Source: Phoronis australis (taxonomy: Eukaryota > Animalia > Phoronida). Taken from it: 64,000 nucleotides of DNA. The notes beneath the pieces were generated by a model. It saw nothing but the letters and a program-made list of their open reading frames with translations, ran no database searches and was not told the DNA's origin. Both the position numbers and the translations under genes were made by a program. The stretch lies in the NCBI GenBank assembly GCA_002633005.1, contig NMRA01000156.1:522488-586487 (forward strand), in the 5' to 3' direction. Position 1 is the stretch's first letter. Each line of letters opens with the position of its first letter. Below are positions 1 to 11,179 of this stretch, piece by piece.

Positions 1-610
1 AATTTATGTTTTTATTGCTTATTAATCGTTGCGTCTTTCAGAGACTACGCAGTTCGTTTTTTAGAACTCATTTGCTTGCAACGCAACAAATGCACAATCG
101 ATTATTTAGCTCGTCGTCATAAAGATTAAAGGAGCATGCCACCCAAAACACAACCTAATTTGTATCAATTTAGATCGAGTTGTTCTACTCCATAACGACA
201 CGTACGGTTGCGTTACCTGACACCTGACGGCAGACGGAGGTGTTGAAATTATCCAATGACGTCATCGGTTTCACACGAAGTCTGTTCAGCAGTTCACAAC
301 ACGGGTTACTGGTGTCAGCTTATCGCTTGAAGTCATCGTTTAACACCAATAAATCATCAAACTTCGATGTAAAACCCTTAAAAATAAACCGATTTCTTAT
401 AAAAACGTGTTGTTTTATTTCGCTGTTACGGATTTATTGGTATTTGGACACACCGTAACCTACAAAGTTCGGCAGGCCAATAAGGTCCGTAGCAGGAGTT
501 TGGGGTCTGTTCGGAGATAATTTCGAAGTATTTTCCGTGAGATACAGACATGAGAACCTAGATCTGTGTTGTTTAGACTTGTGATTTTTTTAGTTCTAAA
601 CACAAAACGC

Positions 611-695
611 TTGTTATCCTGGCCAGTGGCTCGGAGCCCGATCAGGCCCGTCGCGGCCGGCCGGATTGACTCGTTATCCCGGCCAGTGGCTCGGA
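611..695 (+). repeat. Internal direct duplication (25-bp core, 60-bp period) in Kolobok copy 1
   Basis: TTGTTATCCTGGCCAGTGGCTCGGA (611-635) and TCGTTATCCCGGCCAGTGGCTCGGA (671-695). Confidence 0.75.
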
Positions 696-1246
696 AACTG
701 ATCAGACATCACGAACATAAACCAGCCAAAGTTCAGTGGAAACTAAACTTCCAGTCAAGAAAATACTATACTAGTGAGCCAAAGTAATGTGCACCTGATT
801 ATGTTGGTGAATTAGCCACGAAACTGCAAATCTACTTACTCGTCGGGGGCCGCGAATTCAGGTTCCGCTTTGGCCACAGCACCGTCAGGGCAGAAGTTGT
901 ACATTGACAATCATTATTTGAGTAATGTAAATGTAAATAAAGATTCCCCTAACACCTGGCCGTGGGATGGAAATCGAGTTGTTTCACAACAGTTTCTGCC
1001 AGCAAACACTAAATTAGCATGAGCTCACACGGCCTCGGTGTCCCGTCAATTAGTTTTATTGCACCTAAAGCCGGTAACGCAGTGATTTATTCATTGCTGG
1101 CTTCTCAAATCATTTGCACTCACGAACACTCCAAAGGCATTACAAATTGCATCTAATGAGACAGACTTTGTTTCAGTTTTATATAAGTATTGGTTAGGGT
1201 GAGAATAATTCATTTTGAAACAGAACGCTCAGTAATAAACGCCAAC

Positions 1247-1410
1247 ATGGCAACTCGCAATCCCGACTTAGGACGAGCTAGAGCTCATCAGTCCCGAATT
1301 CGCAGGTGGATCGTTAAGTTTTACAGGCTATCAATTCGAACAGGAATACAGTGATGAAGAAATACTAGAGAGGCGCCGTGAACAAGCTCAGACAACGGAA
1401 CGTATGGAGT
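1247..1410 (+). pseudogene. Remnant of the N-terminus of a transposon accessory (KolX-like) ORF
   Basis: CAACATGGC start context at 1247. After a frameshift it reads DELELISPEFAGGSLSFTGYQFEQEYSDEEILERRREQAQ, and copy 2 reads GYQFEPEYSDEE. An acidic YxFEP N-terminus is what I recall for Kolobok accessory proteins; this was not verified by search. Confidence 0.5.
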
Positions 1411-1449
1411 TATTTGGTAAGCCGGCATTCGTCAGGCACTTTCGACGTC

Positions 1450-1636
1450 TGCAGGCACAGACACGGAGATGTTTCACGGCCTCATACTTGCTATTGACAG
1501 TGTACATTTCATTTTTCACTACCATGAGCCACTTCCTAAGCATTTCGGACTCTCGAGGAAGTAAAAAAACGATATACCCGCTTTCCTCGCAGCTGCTTAG
1601 TTCGGACAAGCGGAAACCGACGATGCACCGCAACAT
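1450..1636 (-). pseudogene. Decayed THAP zinc-finger domain (transposase N-terminus) in Kolobok copy 1
   Basis: Reads MLRCIV..(frameshift)..ACPN..GISF..(frameshift)..PRESEMLRKWLMVVKN..KHLRVC, which matches the THAP C-x4-C ... F-P ... R-x-W ... RVC pattern. Confidence 0.75.
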
Positions 1637-2532
1637 AGCGTCATTCACTCTGCATATGAACCACTGACGTCGCTAGCGTCGTTTCTCACCTTCCTCACAG
1701 GCTAACGCGACACCTCTTGGTCGACCGTATGCGAGGTGATCTGGATATAGACCGATTAAGACGCAAAAAAGACTAATTAAATCGGGTGGCATTCTCCTTT
1801 AACACTCAGTACACAATAAAGGATTCATAGCCGTGAAAGATGTGTTGTAACCCGTTAGAACCATTTCGGCCAAGTGATGTCATTTCTACCCATTAGGATC
1901 ATTCAGCTCATTAGGGTCGTTTTAGCCCATTATTGTTATTTTTAGCTCTATCGATGATTTGCGATGCTCTGCGATGCCGCTTGCACAATGAATTTGCGAT
2001 ACTTGAGATCATCACGTTGCGATTTTCCAGAAAGAGGGGCGGCATTGTTTCGGAGCGTTCACATATTACGTCATCACTCGAGGGGAGGTGGTTTGGAAAA
2101 GATGGCAATTTATGACAGGGGAGGCGGTTAGACTCGTGGTGACGTCATCCTGTGGTTTATTAGAATATCTCCATCACGGTACATATCGTTGGGAAACTGG
2201 TTCACCTTGTAGCAGAATTAATTCCAAAACCGGGACAAATCGTTTCACGCTTCCAAGATTTGATGATATTTCTCTAGGCTTACCTTATAAACATGTACAC
2301 AGACAACCCCACTGCTTTACTGCCTATCACTGACAATCATTACCTTGACCAATCACAGCAGGACATCATGACTCTCAGGACATCCATCGACATGCGTGGT
2401 CATGTTTGCGGGGGATAGGATTTATATTGTGATGTTGTTTCGCATATATGCAATGTATTAAATATGCCAGAGTTGTTTAACTTTGCTTTCACGTTATACC
2501 TTAAGTTTAATTCAAGATTTGAGGAGAGTTTG

Positions 2533-2756
2533 CATGCGCGCACCCAGGGGGGGGGGTCAGGGAGCGAAGTGGGTAAAAAGGTCAAGCTTACAGAAACAAA
2601 AAGTCCGAGACAAAAGTCCACTAAAAAGGCGCAGACGCACAGTTCAAAGACCTGAAGGTGGTACCCATTTTTTTAGTCCTCCCGCTTTTTTATGAGCAAA
2701 AGGTCCACTTTGTGAGAGATTCGAGCACCCCATATTAAAGGCTGGGAGCGCGCATG
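2533..2756. mobile_element. MITE with CATGCGCGCACCCAG termini and a 5-bp TSD, copy 1
   Basis: TIR CATGCGCGCACCCAG / CTGGGAGCGCGCATG, with GTTTG duplicated at 2528-2532 and 2757-2761. Homologous to 12433-12675. Confidence 0.85.
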
Positions 2757-4371
2757 GTTTGGTGTGTCATACGCGGTGATATCTTGCGTGATCTTGTGGT
2801 TTCGCAAACGCACACTTAGGCTAAAGCATCTCGCGAGTTGAACTAGTACGGTCACGTGCTTGGCTTGCAATGTATGGTATATCTCGAGAAATTTTGCGTG
2901 ATCTTGCGTTTTTGCGAGGTTCTCGAGTCCACCGAAGGCACGCCGGTTCTTTTGCACGCTGTGAACATTACAGTGAATGAAAAATCACAGTATCGAGCCC
3001 TTAGCTCACGCTCATATTTCTTGACTTCATCTTTGGCAGGGTTCTGCTACATGAGTAGGTCTACAGTCATCACATACTACAGTACATCAGTAAAAAACAG
3101 GGTTTAATAGTGACGTCATCACATTGATGCACGCGAACAATTTTTTAAGAATGTGATATGACTGCGGTAACTGTTCATGACTTCGTCCACACTTTTTTGC
3201 GTAACCGAACCTTTGAATTGTCAGTGTTGCTGCGGCCGTCAGAATAACGTGGGAGGATTCCAACAGACGGATCGCAGCTGGGACAGAGATAACGACCCTG
3301 TTACACAGCGTGTGGTTATTAAAGGTGACAATTCTAGTCACGTGGTACAGTGCAAATGTCGTTCCTTTTACAGGTGTTGGTTTGAATGAATACGAGGGCC
3401 CAAACGGCCTAATGTTCGAGCTTAAACTCAGACTCTGACTCGAAATGTAAACTTGCATGTCACCCTGTTTAGCTGACTAAAAATTAAAATCGAGCTAGGC
3501 CTTCTTATTCTCGTAAAATAAATTTGATTAAATTCCCGTGATAGGGTAATATATGTAACCAACTCGAGTCGCAGGAAATGTGCACATGTGCCATTTTTGA
3601 ATTCCCAATTTTAGGGTTTGTGAACCTCAATATCCGTGATCGAAATTGTTACCATTACTCTACAGCATTCCGTTGCTTCATAGCATTTGTCCCACGTTGA
3701 CAGCGAGACCACAGTTGCACGCTTGCCTTTCACGAACATCTGTACGATTATTTGATCTACTTGTCAAGATCGAAAAATGAATAATTGAAAAATGGCAACT
3801 GACCTGAAAATGAAGAAATGGCTACAGGAGGAGAAATCCGACTACACTTCGTCGACTAAGATGACAATTCGTAAGCTTTTTTTCAGTTACCAAACGACAA
3901 GATGCCTTGGATTTCAAAACCTCTTAAACTGGAAGTTATTTACTCTAAACTTACCGTGTTTTAAAACCTCGTTTCTTGCTTATTTCAGTCCCTGAGGAAA
4001 GCAAACTTTCAAAAAGCGTTCTCCTAAGTTCATGGACCGTCAGCCAAGGAACAATGGTGAGAAATAAAATGTAGTTACCAAAAATTTCTCTTGAATTTAT
4101 TGTAGTTTGTAAATCATCATGAGTAAAGCGGGATTGAGCCTCGTTTTTTATTTCATTTAGGATCGGTCAACATGATCTATTCTTCTGCTTCCATATGCCT
4201 GCTCTTGTAACAGTCTTAGTCATTGTTTTGTAAAACACTGAACTCAACGGCCTGGTAACTAGTTACACACGTGTAAAAATGTACGTAGCTCCGATCTAGT
4301 CTTTTCATTTTGTGTCTCATTTCAGTTTTACTTCTCCCTATCACTGAAAAGTGTCCCCAGGTTGCCACTCA

Positions 4372-4400
4372 NNNNCCCCCCACACACACACACACACACA
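4372..4400. repeat. (CA)n microsatellite next to a short N gap
   Basis: nnnn, then a C run and about 10 CA units. Confidence 0.9.
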
Positions 4401-5526
4401 TACAACCTTCACGCATATGGGCTCACGCATCGTGCACACCAAGAAGTTGGCGAGAAATTAACATAACGGGTAGAGGAATTGTCAGGCTTGCAGAACACGA
4501 TCGAATTCGTGTGACAGCGAGCCGAGGAACATCGAGAGTGACGGGTATCATCAAGCTTTTGGTGTATCGTTTAAGACGCAGTGGGCTGAGAGAATAAAGG
4601 GGTGGAGATTCGGGGTCGACCTACTTTTTCATTTAGTGTTGACATTGCAATAAATTCAATTTTTGAAACAAGCTAAGCCAAAACTACATTATAATGATTA
4701 TTCCGAACATTTTAAAATTTGAGCCGTAATGTTCCGTTTCTGCATGCTAAAATCAACAATTGTCAGTTCCCATCTAATTTTTTCAGACAGAAAGACCAAT
4801 TTTTCTCTCGAAATTTTATGGTACAGTTTAAATTTCTTAATTTAAAAATGCTCACGGTTCACCACGTTACATACATGTATTGATGTAATGCAAAATGTTA
4901 AGATATTCTTAATGTGAAAGTATGAAAGATTTGAAGTTAAGATAGTCAATCTTTATCACCTTTTTGTGTGTGATTCATGATTTTTTACAAAAAAATGTTT
5001 TCAAATTACACCTATGAAAGATTTGTAAATGTGTTATCAACTAAATTAATGACATTGTCAGTTTGGTAATAAATTTCCGTTTACAACATTGAAATGTTTA
5101 AAATTGTAGTTCGGAATATCACCTGTGACGTAATTTCGCTGTCAGCGAGTGTCTGAGTGTTGGGAAGATTAAACGCACATGAGCACCAAGTGGATCTCAG
5201 TTTACGTTATTTCCACCTTTTTGTAAATGTGTTTTAAAACAAGTACATTTTATTCCTAAGGGACTGGGAGCTGTGCTTTTTGCGGAAACATTTATTTTTT
5301 ACTTCTGAATACCTTTTCACCAAAAAAACTACCTAAGTATCTATGTAAGGTATGTGCGACGCAAAATTTTAATGATTTTAATGTCCCGTGGAATCGAATC
5401 CAGTTTGCCGCCATGGCTGTCAAAATAACTGCCAGATCGTGCTCATCTGAAATAGCGCAAAATACTATCTTTGTGACGAAATATCTACACATTCTTTATT
5501 GTGAACGATTCGCCTAAAATTATCTC

Positions 5527-5680
5527 TTAAGGTTATGAAGGAGATTAGCAAAATGTCCAAATTTTGCTAACTTTGGATCATCACATCTCATAAATGTCTG
5601 ATTGGATTCGTATGAAACTTTCGGATGCTATGCTTATTGCAGTGGTCTTCTAAATACTACTAGGAATAGTATTTAAACGT
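5527..5680 (+). repeat. Fragment of a dispersed repeat (probable old TTAA-type DNA transposon end)
   Basis: Starts TTAAGGTTAT. The core CATCACATCTCATAAATGTCTGATTGGATTCGTATGAAACTTTC resembles 17041-17105 and 40500-40560. Confidence 0.45.
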
Positions 5681-6854
5681 AAAACAAACAAAAGCTGAAT
5701 AAACGAAATGATAATTTAGAAAACTATTCCGAGATTTCATACTGAACATTTATATCAAATAAGGAAATTTGATAATGTTATTGATACCATTGTTTTCCCA
5801 TCAATGTACCAATCCGTTTTGGTAAATTTTACTAAAAGACATGACCACATGACCAAAGTGACGGCACACCAGTAAAAAGACTAAAATCACTAAATTCTAT
5901 AGACTTTCTACATGCAGAAAACATACATTTTAGGGAATTGATGTTTATAGTTTGTAGATATGTGCCTAAGTACACAGACTTGTCAATAATGTCCTGCATA
6001 AGCTTACCTGAGTACACCAGAAATAGTTTTGTAAGCTTTCTCTGGTTTACCACCCACAGCCTATAGTATGATTATGATAGACAACGTTTACAACAACGAG
6101 CGACACCTCGTGGATCTCTGTAGCGCAGGTGTTACACTCCTTCACAGTGCTACAAAAGGTAGCACTGTGGAATGTTGCTTATCATGGCTTCTCATTGGAA
6201 ACCGACGTCATAACATTTAGTCATTCCCACTGATTGAAATTTAGGAAGCCTTTTTCAGTTTACTGTTAAGTAGTATGACGATCACCTTTGACTTGAATAG
6301 TTGCAATATATTAAAACATGCAGTGATCAAAGTAAACAAAATCAAGCAAACCCCGATCCCGTGGCGAAGCCCAAACAAGGACAGTTCATCGAAGATGTGT
6401 GCTATTGGTGGCGATGTGATCGATAAACTTCCGACAACGCATGCGCATTGATGCCCAAACACGGAATTCCCTGTGTCGTTCATCATGTTGCCACAGGGCC
6501 ACTTTTCAGTATAGTCGGCGCTGTGTCAGAGGGTAGTGTTGAACTCCGCAAGCAAATTGCATTGTGGAAGTGTCGTGACTTGGTCATGTGCACTGACGAA
6601 GTGTCAATTCTTCCAGAAATCATTCCTCATCTGAGTAAGGAGCTACCTGTGATCAAGATAATTAAAGGAGAATGCCACCCGATTTAATTAATCTTTTTTA
6701 CCGTCTTAATCGGTACATATCCACATCGCCTCGCATACGGTCGACCTTGCCTTGCCGAAAGGTATCGCGTTAACATTTCTCACCTTCCTCACGGTGAGGA
6801 AGGTGAGAAATGACGCAGCGACATCAGTGGTTCATTTGCATAGTGAATACCGCT

Positions 6855-7039
6855 ATGTTGCGGCGCATCGTTCCCGCTTGTCCGAACTATCCAGCTGCGG
6901 AGAAAGCGGGTATATCGTTTTTCGACTTCCTCGAGAGCCCGAAATGCTTAGGAAGTGGCTCGCTGTAGTGAAGAATGAAAAGTACGCTATAAATAGCAAG
7001 TATGAGGCCGTGAAACATCCCCGTGTCTGTGGCCTGTAG
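6855..7039 (+). pseudogene. Decayed THAP domain in Kolobok copy 2
   Basis: ATG at 6855 gives MLRRIVPACPNYPAAEKAGISFFDF; after a 1-nt frameshift it continues PREPEMLRKWLAVVKNEKYAINSKYEAVKHPRVCGL*. Confidence 0.8.
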
Positions 7040-7068
7040 TCGTCGCCACAGTGAGTGTGACGAATGCC

Positions 7069-7222
7069 GGCGTGCGTTCAGTAGACGCTAGGACCTACGC
7101 TAGGACCTAGCAAACAGCTAGTCAAGGTCACGTGCTCTTATTTAAAATACACGGTAATATCTCGCGTAATCTCGCAAAGTCGTGCTTTTAAGCTAGGTCC
7201 TAGCGTTACTGAACGGGAGGCT
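7069..7222. mobile_element. 154-bp hairpin MITE nested in Kolobok copy 2
   Basis: Inverted ends CGTTCAGTAGACGCTAGGACCTA / TAGGTCCTAGCGTTACTGAACG. It is absent from the equivalent position of copy 1 (empty site GAATGCCGGCTTACC). Confidence 0.8.
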
Positions 7223-7244
7223 GGCTTACCAAATAACTATCCAT

Positions 7245-7400
7245 ACGTTCCATTGCCTGAGCTTGTTCACTGCGCCTCTTTAGCATTTCTTCATCACTGT
7301 ATTCCGGTTCGAACTGATAGCCTGTGAAACTTGACGATCCACTTGCGAAGTCGTAGTCGAATGAGCTCTCGTCTACAGTCGGGATTGCGAGTTGCCCGTG
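7245..7400 (-). pseudogene. Remnant of the accessory (KolX-like) ORF in Kolobok copy 2
   Basis: The minus strand reads VDESSFDYDFASGSSSFTGYQFEPEYSDEEMLKRRSEQAQAMER; the start codon is mutated. Confidence 0.5.
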
Positions 7401-8195
7401 TTGACGTTTATTATTGACCGTTCTGTTTCAAAATGAATTATTCTCACCCGAACCAATACTTATATAAAACTGAAACAAAGTCTGTCTCATTAGATACAAT
7501 TTGTAATTCCTTTGGAGTGTACGTGTGTGCAAATAATTTGAGAACTGAGCCAGCAATGAATAAATCACTGCGTTCCGATCCACTGGCTAGGACAACAAGC
7601 GTCTGTTTTGTCTGTTTAGAACTCAAAAAATCACAAGTGTATACAACGCAGATCTAGGTTCTCCTGTCTGCATTTCACGGAAAATACTTCAAATTTATCT
7701 CCGAACAGATCCCAAACTTCTGCTACGGACCTTCGTTGGTAAATTGGCCTGCCCGCGAACTTTGTAGCGGGCTACGATGTGTCCAAATACCAATAAATCC
7801 GTAACAGCGAAATAAAACAACACCTTTTTATAAGAACTCCGTGTATTTTTAAGGGTTTTACATCGACGTTTGATGATTCATTGGTGTTATATGATGAATT
7901 CAAGCTGACACCAGTAACCCGTGTTGTGAACTGCTGAACAGACTGGGTGTGAAACCAATGACATCATTGAATAATTTCAACACCTCCGTCTGCCGTCAGG
8001 TGTCAGGTAATGCAACCGAACGTGCCGTTATCGAGTAGAACTAGTCGATCTAAATTGATACAAAATATGTTGTTTTTGGGTGGCATGCTCCTTTAAGTAA
8101 AGTTGCCAGATCAAAGGTGGGTTATTACCGTTTTTGTGTCCTGGTAGCTGTAGCGTCTGCCAATAGATGGCGCGTGGAGTGTCCTTGAAGATGTC

Positions 8196-8773
8196 CTCGC
8201 TGGTTCCCTGCGTGCCGCTAGGTGGTCGGTAACCAGCACGCAGGTATCACTTAATTTTCCTCGGGAAATATTTCACACCGGCGTTTCTGATTGGCTAGTC
8301 GAATTCCCAACACGCAGCGCTTTGCGCATGCAAACTGGCATGACTGATGAACTAGTGAAGTGAAATGTGGTCTGTTGTATAGACAAATCAGTGCTTAATA
8401 TTCATCGTTCAGGAAATATGAATCCTAGAAATTGTTGTTGCGCCTTTTCGGCCGCGGGAGTGCATCTTTCTGCTTTCGATGACTTATGTTTACGATACTG
8501 CTCTGTATTCATGCAGTAGTGAATAACACACCGGTTAAAGTGGCCAGATATGTGTTTATTTCTCATGTACGTGCTTCAAGCACGTTACTATTAAACATCA
8601 CTGCAGAAACGAAATAGTTGTGCGACGCCACTTGCTTTTTTGACAAGGCTAAAAATCGTTCAGTCCTTCATTTTTTCACGGTGTTGTAAAGCTAACCAAT
8701 CGGACTGCTGAGGTTAAGCGCGTGCCACTGCGTGATACCTGCGTGCTGGCTAGGCACGCAGGGAACCAGCGAG
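8196..8773. mobile_element. ~580-bp non-autonomous inverted-repeat element (MITE-like)
   Basis: CTCGCTGGTTCCCTGCGTGCC...CCAGCACGCAGGTATCAC (8196-8250) is the reverse complement of GTGATACCTGCGTGCTGG..GGCACGCAGGGAACCAGCGAG (8732-8773). No clear TSD. Confidence 0.75.
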
Positions 8774-10063
8774 TGGCGCTATATAGTTTATTCGTGCCAT
8801 TTGCGCCTGCTGGATTGGCTGGACATTTAGAGATTTGGTGTATGTGTGGTGGCTGGGAATGGCATTTGTTTATGTTTTTGAACCTGCATGTTTTTGAAAA
8901 AATCCAGGTTGTTGCCCCCTTGACCTATTTTTCTTGCAACCGTGGCTGTTCGTAAACGCTCTACCATTTCCTGTAGGCAAGGCAAGTTTTGGCTGGAAAT
9001 TCAGGTACCCCTCAGACTATTCAGGTTAGCAAAAAACGGTCTGGTCGACACACATCTTCCTCCCAATGTTTGGAATCTGGAGTGTGATGTCTGCTGGAGA
9101 CTAGTAGTTGTATGCGAGTCGTGGTTTGGGGGTTGAAAACTGCCAATTTTGTGTATTTTTGCTCGTTTTTTTTGCATGGCCGGCTATGTTTGCTGTTGGC
9201 ATAAAAGCAAAAAAATACGCACTCTGAATGCAAGTTTTTTTAGATTGCAGGCAAGCCTTATGTATGACCAGTAGCTGCATATATTTCATAGTTCATGGTT
9301 TTGTTGTTGAAAAGAAATAAACTGCTTTCCCTCAGTTCACCCTGCCTGGGGAGGCAAAAATGAGGAAAACCTTTGAGTGCCACCTCTACCGTCCAAGTCG
9401 TGTATGAATACTGCATTTTAGATTCACTTTTCTTCTATTTTATCGTTTTGGAATATTTTATTCACGACTGAGATACGCAGTGCTATAAAGGAAGGTTCAC
9501 TGATGCTGATAACATGGTTATTTGTCAAAACAAGGCAAATGGTGGTTTTGAGCACTTAAATAAAATAAAACAGAGTTTGTTATTCGTTTAAACTGTGATT
9601 TTAGTGCGCGGTGGATACAGACAAAATTTAAAAATAATTGACTGAGAAAATCTTGCAATACCCATAACACGTAACGGGTGTTTTAGGAATTACCTAGTTC
9701 TTACTATAGAAATAGATTTTCAGGCAAAATGTTAGCTACCAGTATTTGTTTACTTAAAAGATATGTGATTTTTTATTTCAGTTAAATACGTTTGCGCTTA
9801 GCTGCACTTTTAGTAAATTTAAATCAATCGAGATTTTAGCAACCGCGAGTATAATGCAATGGCAATTAATTTCCATCGAAAGCAAGCCTTCGTGAACAGA
9901 AGAAAGAGAATTTCAGATAATTTGAGCGTATCTCTAGATTTTTTTTGACTGTCTGAACTGAGTAAGTGCTGGCGTTCAGACGAACACTACAAAATCCACG
10001 AGGATGCAGTTTCTACCAATGCCAAAGCTCGACAGATAAGACATACCGCTTTTTATTCCTCAG

Positions 10064-10572
10064 TGACGAGGATATGCGCATTGCATACTCGTATGTAACC
10101 TTGAACTATACAAAGAACTGTGGTGAGGACAAATCACCATTGATTAGGATGTGCCAATGCCTCGAGCATAAAACACGTTGTTCGACAGGCGTCGCGCGGG
10201 TCTTAAGAGGAATATTGTCTTCCAGATAAACTGTTTTCCCAAGCATGATTTTCAGGTGTTTGATCATGAAAGCGTACCTTTAAATACATTGAATTAGCTA
10301 ATATTTGACCGCCTTCCAGAATGAAGAAGAATCGAGCAACGAACCTCATCAGGGCGAAGAATTTCGGCACGAAAAATCAGTGAGTAAAAGTATCGGAGAA
10401 CGCGAACCTACCGACAGAAATTTAATTTGTGAATTCAAGTTATTTTAGTACAATTAAATCATTTCTGTACAGTTATTTCACTATGACTCATTTTTCTTTT
10501 ACTTACAGGACTACGGCTAGGAGACACAGAAAGCAAAAGAAATGCGATGACGTCAAATGTAGCTTTTCGTAG
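10064..10572 (+). CDS. Candidate small spliced gene (exons 10064-10090, 10320-10379, 10509-10572); basic peptide, unknown function
   Basis: Three pyrimidine-tract/AG acceptors and GTATGT/GTGAGT donors. All junctions are phase 2 and only one frame stays open: (DED)MRIAYSMKKNRATNLIRAKNFGTKNQTTARRHRKQKKCDDVKCSFS*. No homology recognised. Confidence 0.3.
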
Positions 10573-11124
10573 TTGTGGGCGGTTTCAGTTATTTTATGTT
10601 GCTGGCAAACGGCTAACGGGTACCGGAAGGAAATGTCCAGTGCGATCACGGTTTAGGAAATTTTGTGAATTTGTCAAATACCATCCGTAGTAGGATGTGA
10701 GAATATATGGAATATTCCCATTAGAAATTGTACGGCTGGTTTTGACATTGCACTGAGTTGCATGACGTTAAAATGCGAAACGCTAATGTCTCAGAATTCT
10801 GACACATGTTTACGGAAATCGCCGGAATATCACGAGTAATATAATTTTGAAATTTTTGCAGTTTTGTATAAAAATGAAAACTAACGGTACATTGTACCAA
10901 TTTAGGCCTAAATTTTTGCAAAAAAATATGCATTTTGAGTCGTAACATATTAATTTCTAATGACAAAGAAGTGAAAATAAGTACGCGAACAATCTTTATT
11001 TCAAACACTAACCAAAACAATGTCTTTTGCTTCATGAATGGCAGCAAAAACGCCTGTGAAAAGAATTAAAATCTGCCTTTGTTTTAATGACGTCAAGGCA
11101 GCGGCTAATCATTTCGGAGAGGTC

Positions 11125-11179
11125 AAGCCTCAAATGGCTAAACCGATCAGCGCCATTTTGAGGCTTAGGGACGAGGCTG
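11125..11179 (+). repeat. Dispersed repeat end, also at 21084-21130
   Basis: CAAATGGCTAAACCGATCAGCGCCATYTTGAGGCTT..GAGGCT is almost identical at both loci. The upstream motif TCAGAATTCTGACACAT is also shared (10791 and 21044). Confidence 0.7.

Larger units (their letters stand above)
130..1798 (+). mobile_element. Non-autonomous Kolobok-type DNA transposon, copy 1 (1669 bp)
   Basis: TTAA at 126-129 and 1799-1802. The 15-bp TIRs AGGAGCATGCCACCC (130-144) and GGGTGGCATTCTCCT (1784-1798) have one mismatch. It contains a THAP remnant, and a second copy lies at 6666-8092 in the opposite orientation. TTAA TSD, AG..CT ends and a THAP domain fit Kolobok rather than piggyBac (CCC ends). Confidence 0.85.
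6666..8092 (-). mobile_element. Non-autonomous Kolobok-type DNA transposon, copy 2 (1427 bp, inverted relative to copy 1)
   Basis: TTAA at 6662-6665 and 8093-8096, with ends AGGAGAATGCCACCC and GGGTGGCATGCTCCT. It is colinear as a reverse complement with 130-1798, except that it lacks ~440 bp (copy 1 ~636-1075) and carries an extra 154-bp insert. Confidence 0.85.

Noticed and set aside
130-1798. piggyBac classification because of the TTAA TSD
   Set aside because: The termini are AGG..CCT rather than CCC..GGG, and the remnant is THAP-type, which fits Kolobok better.
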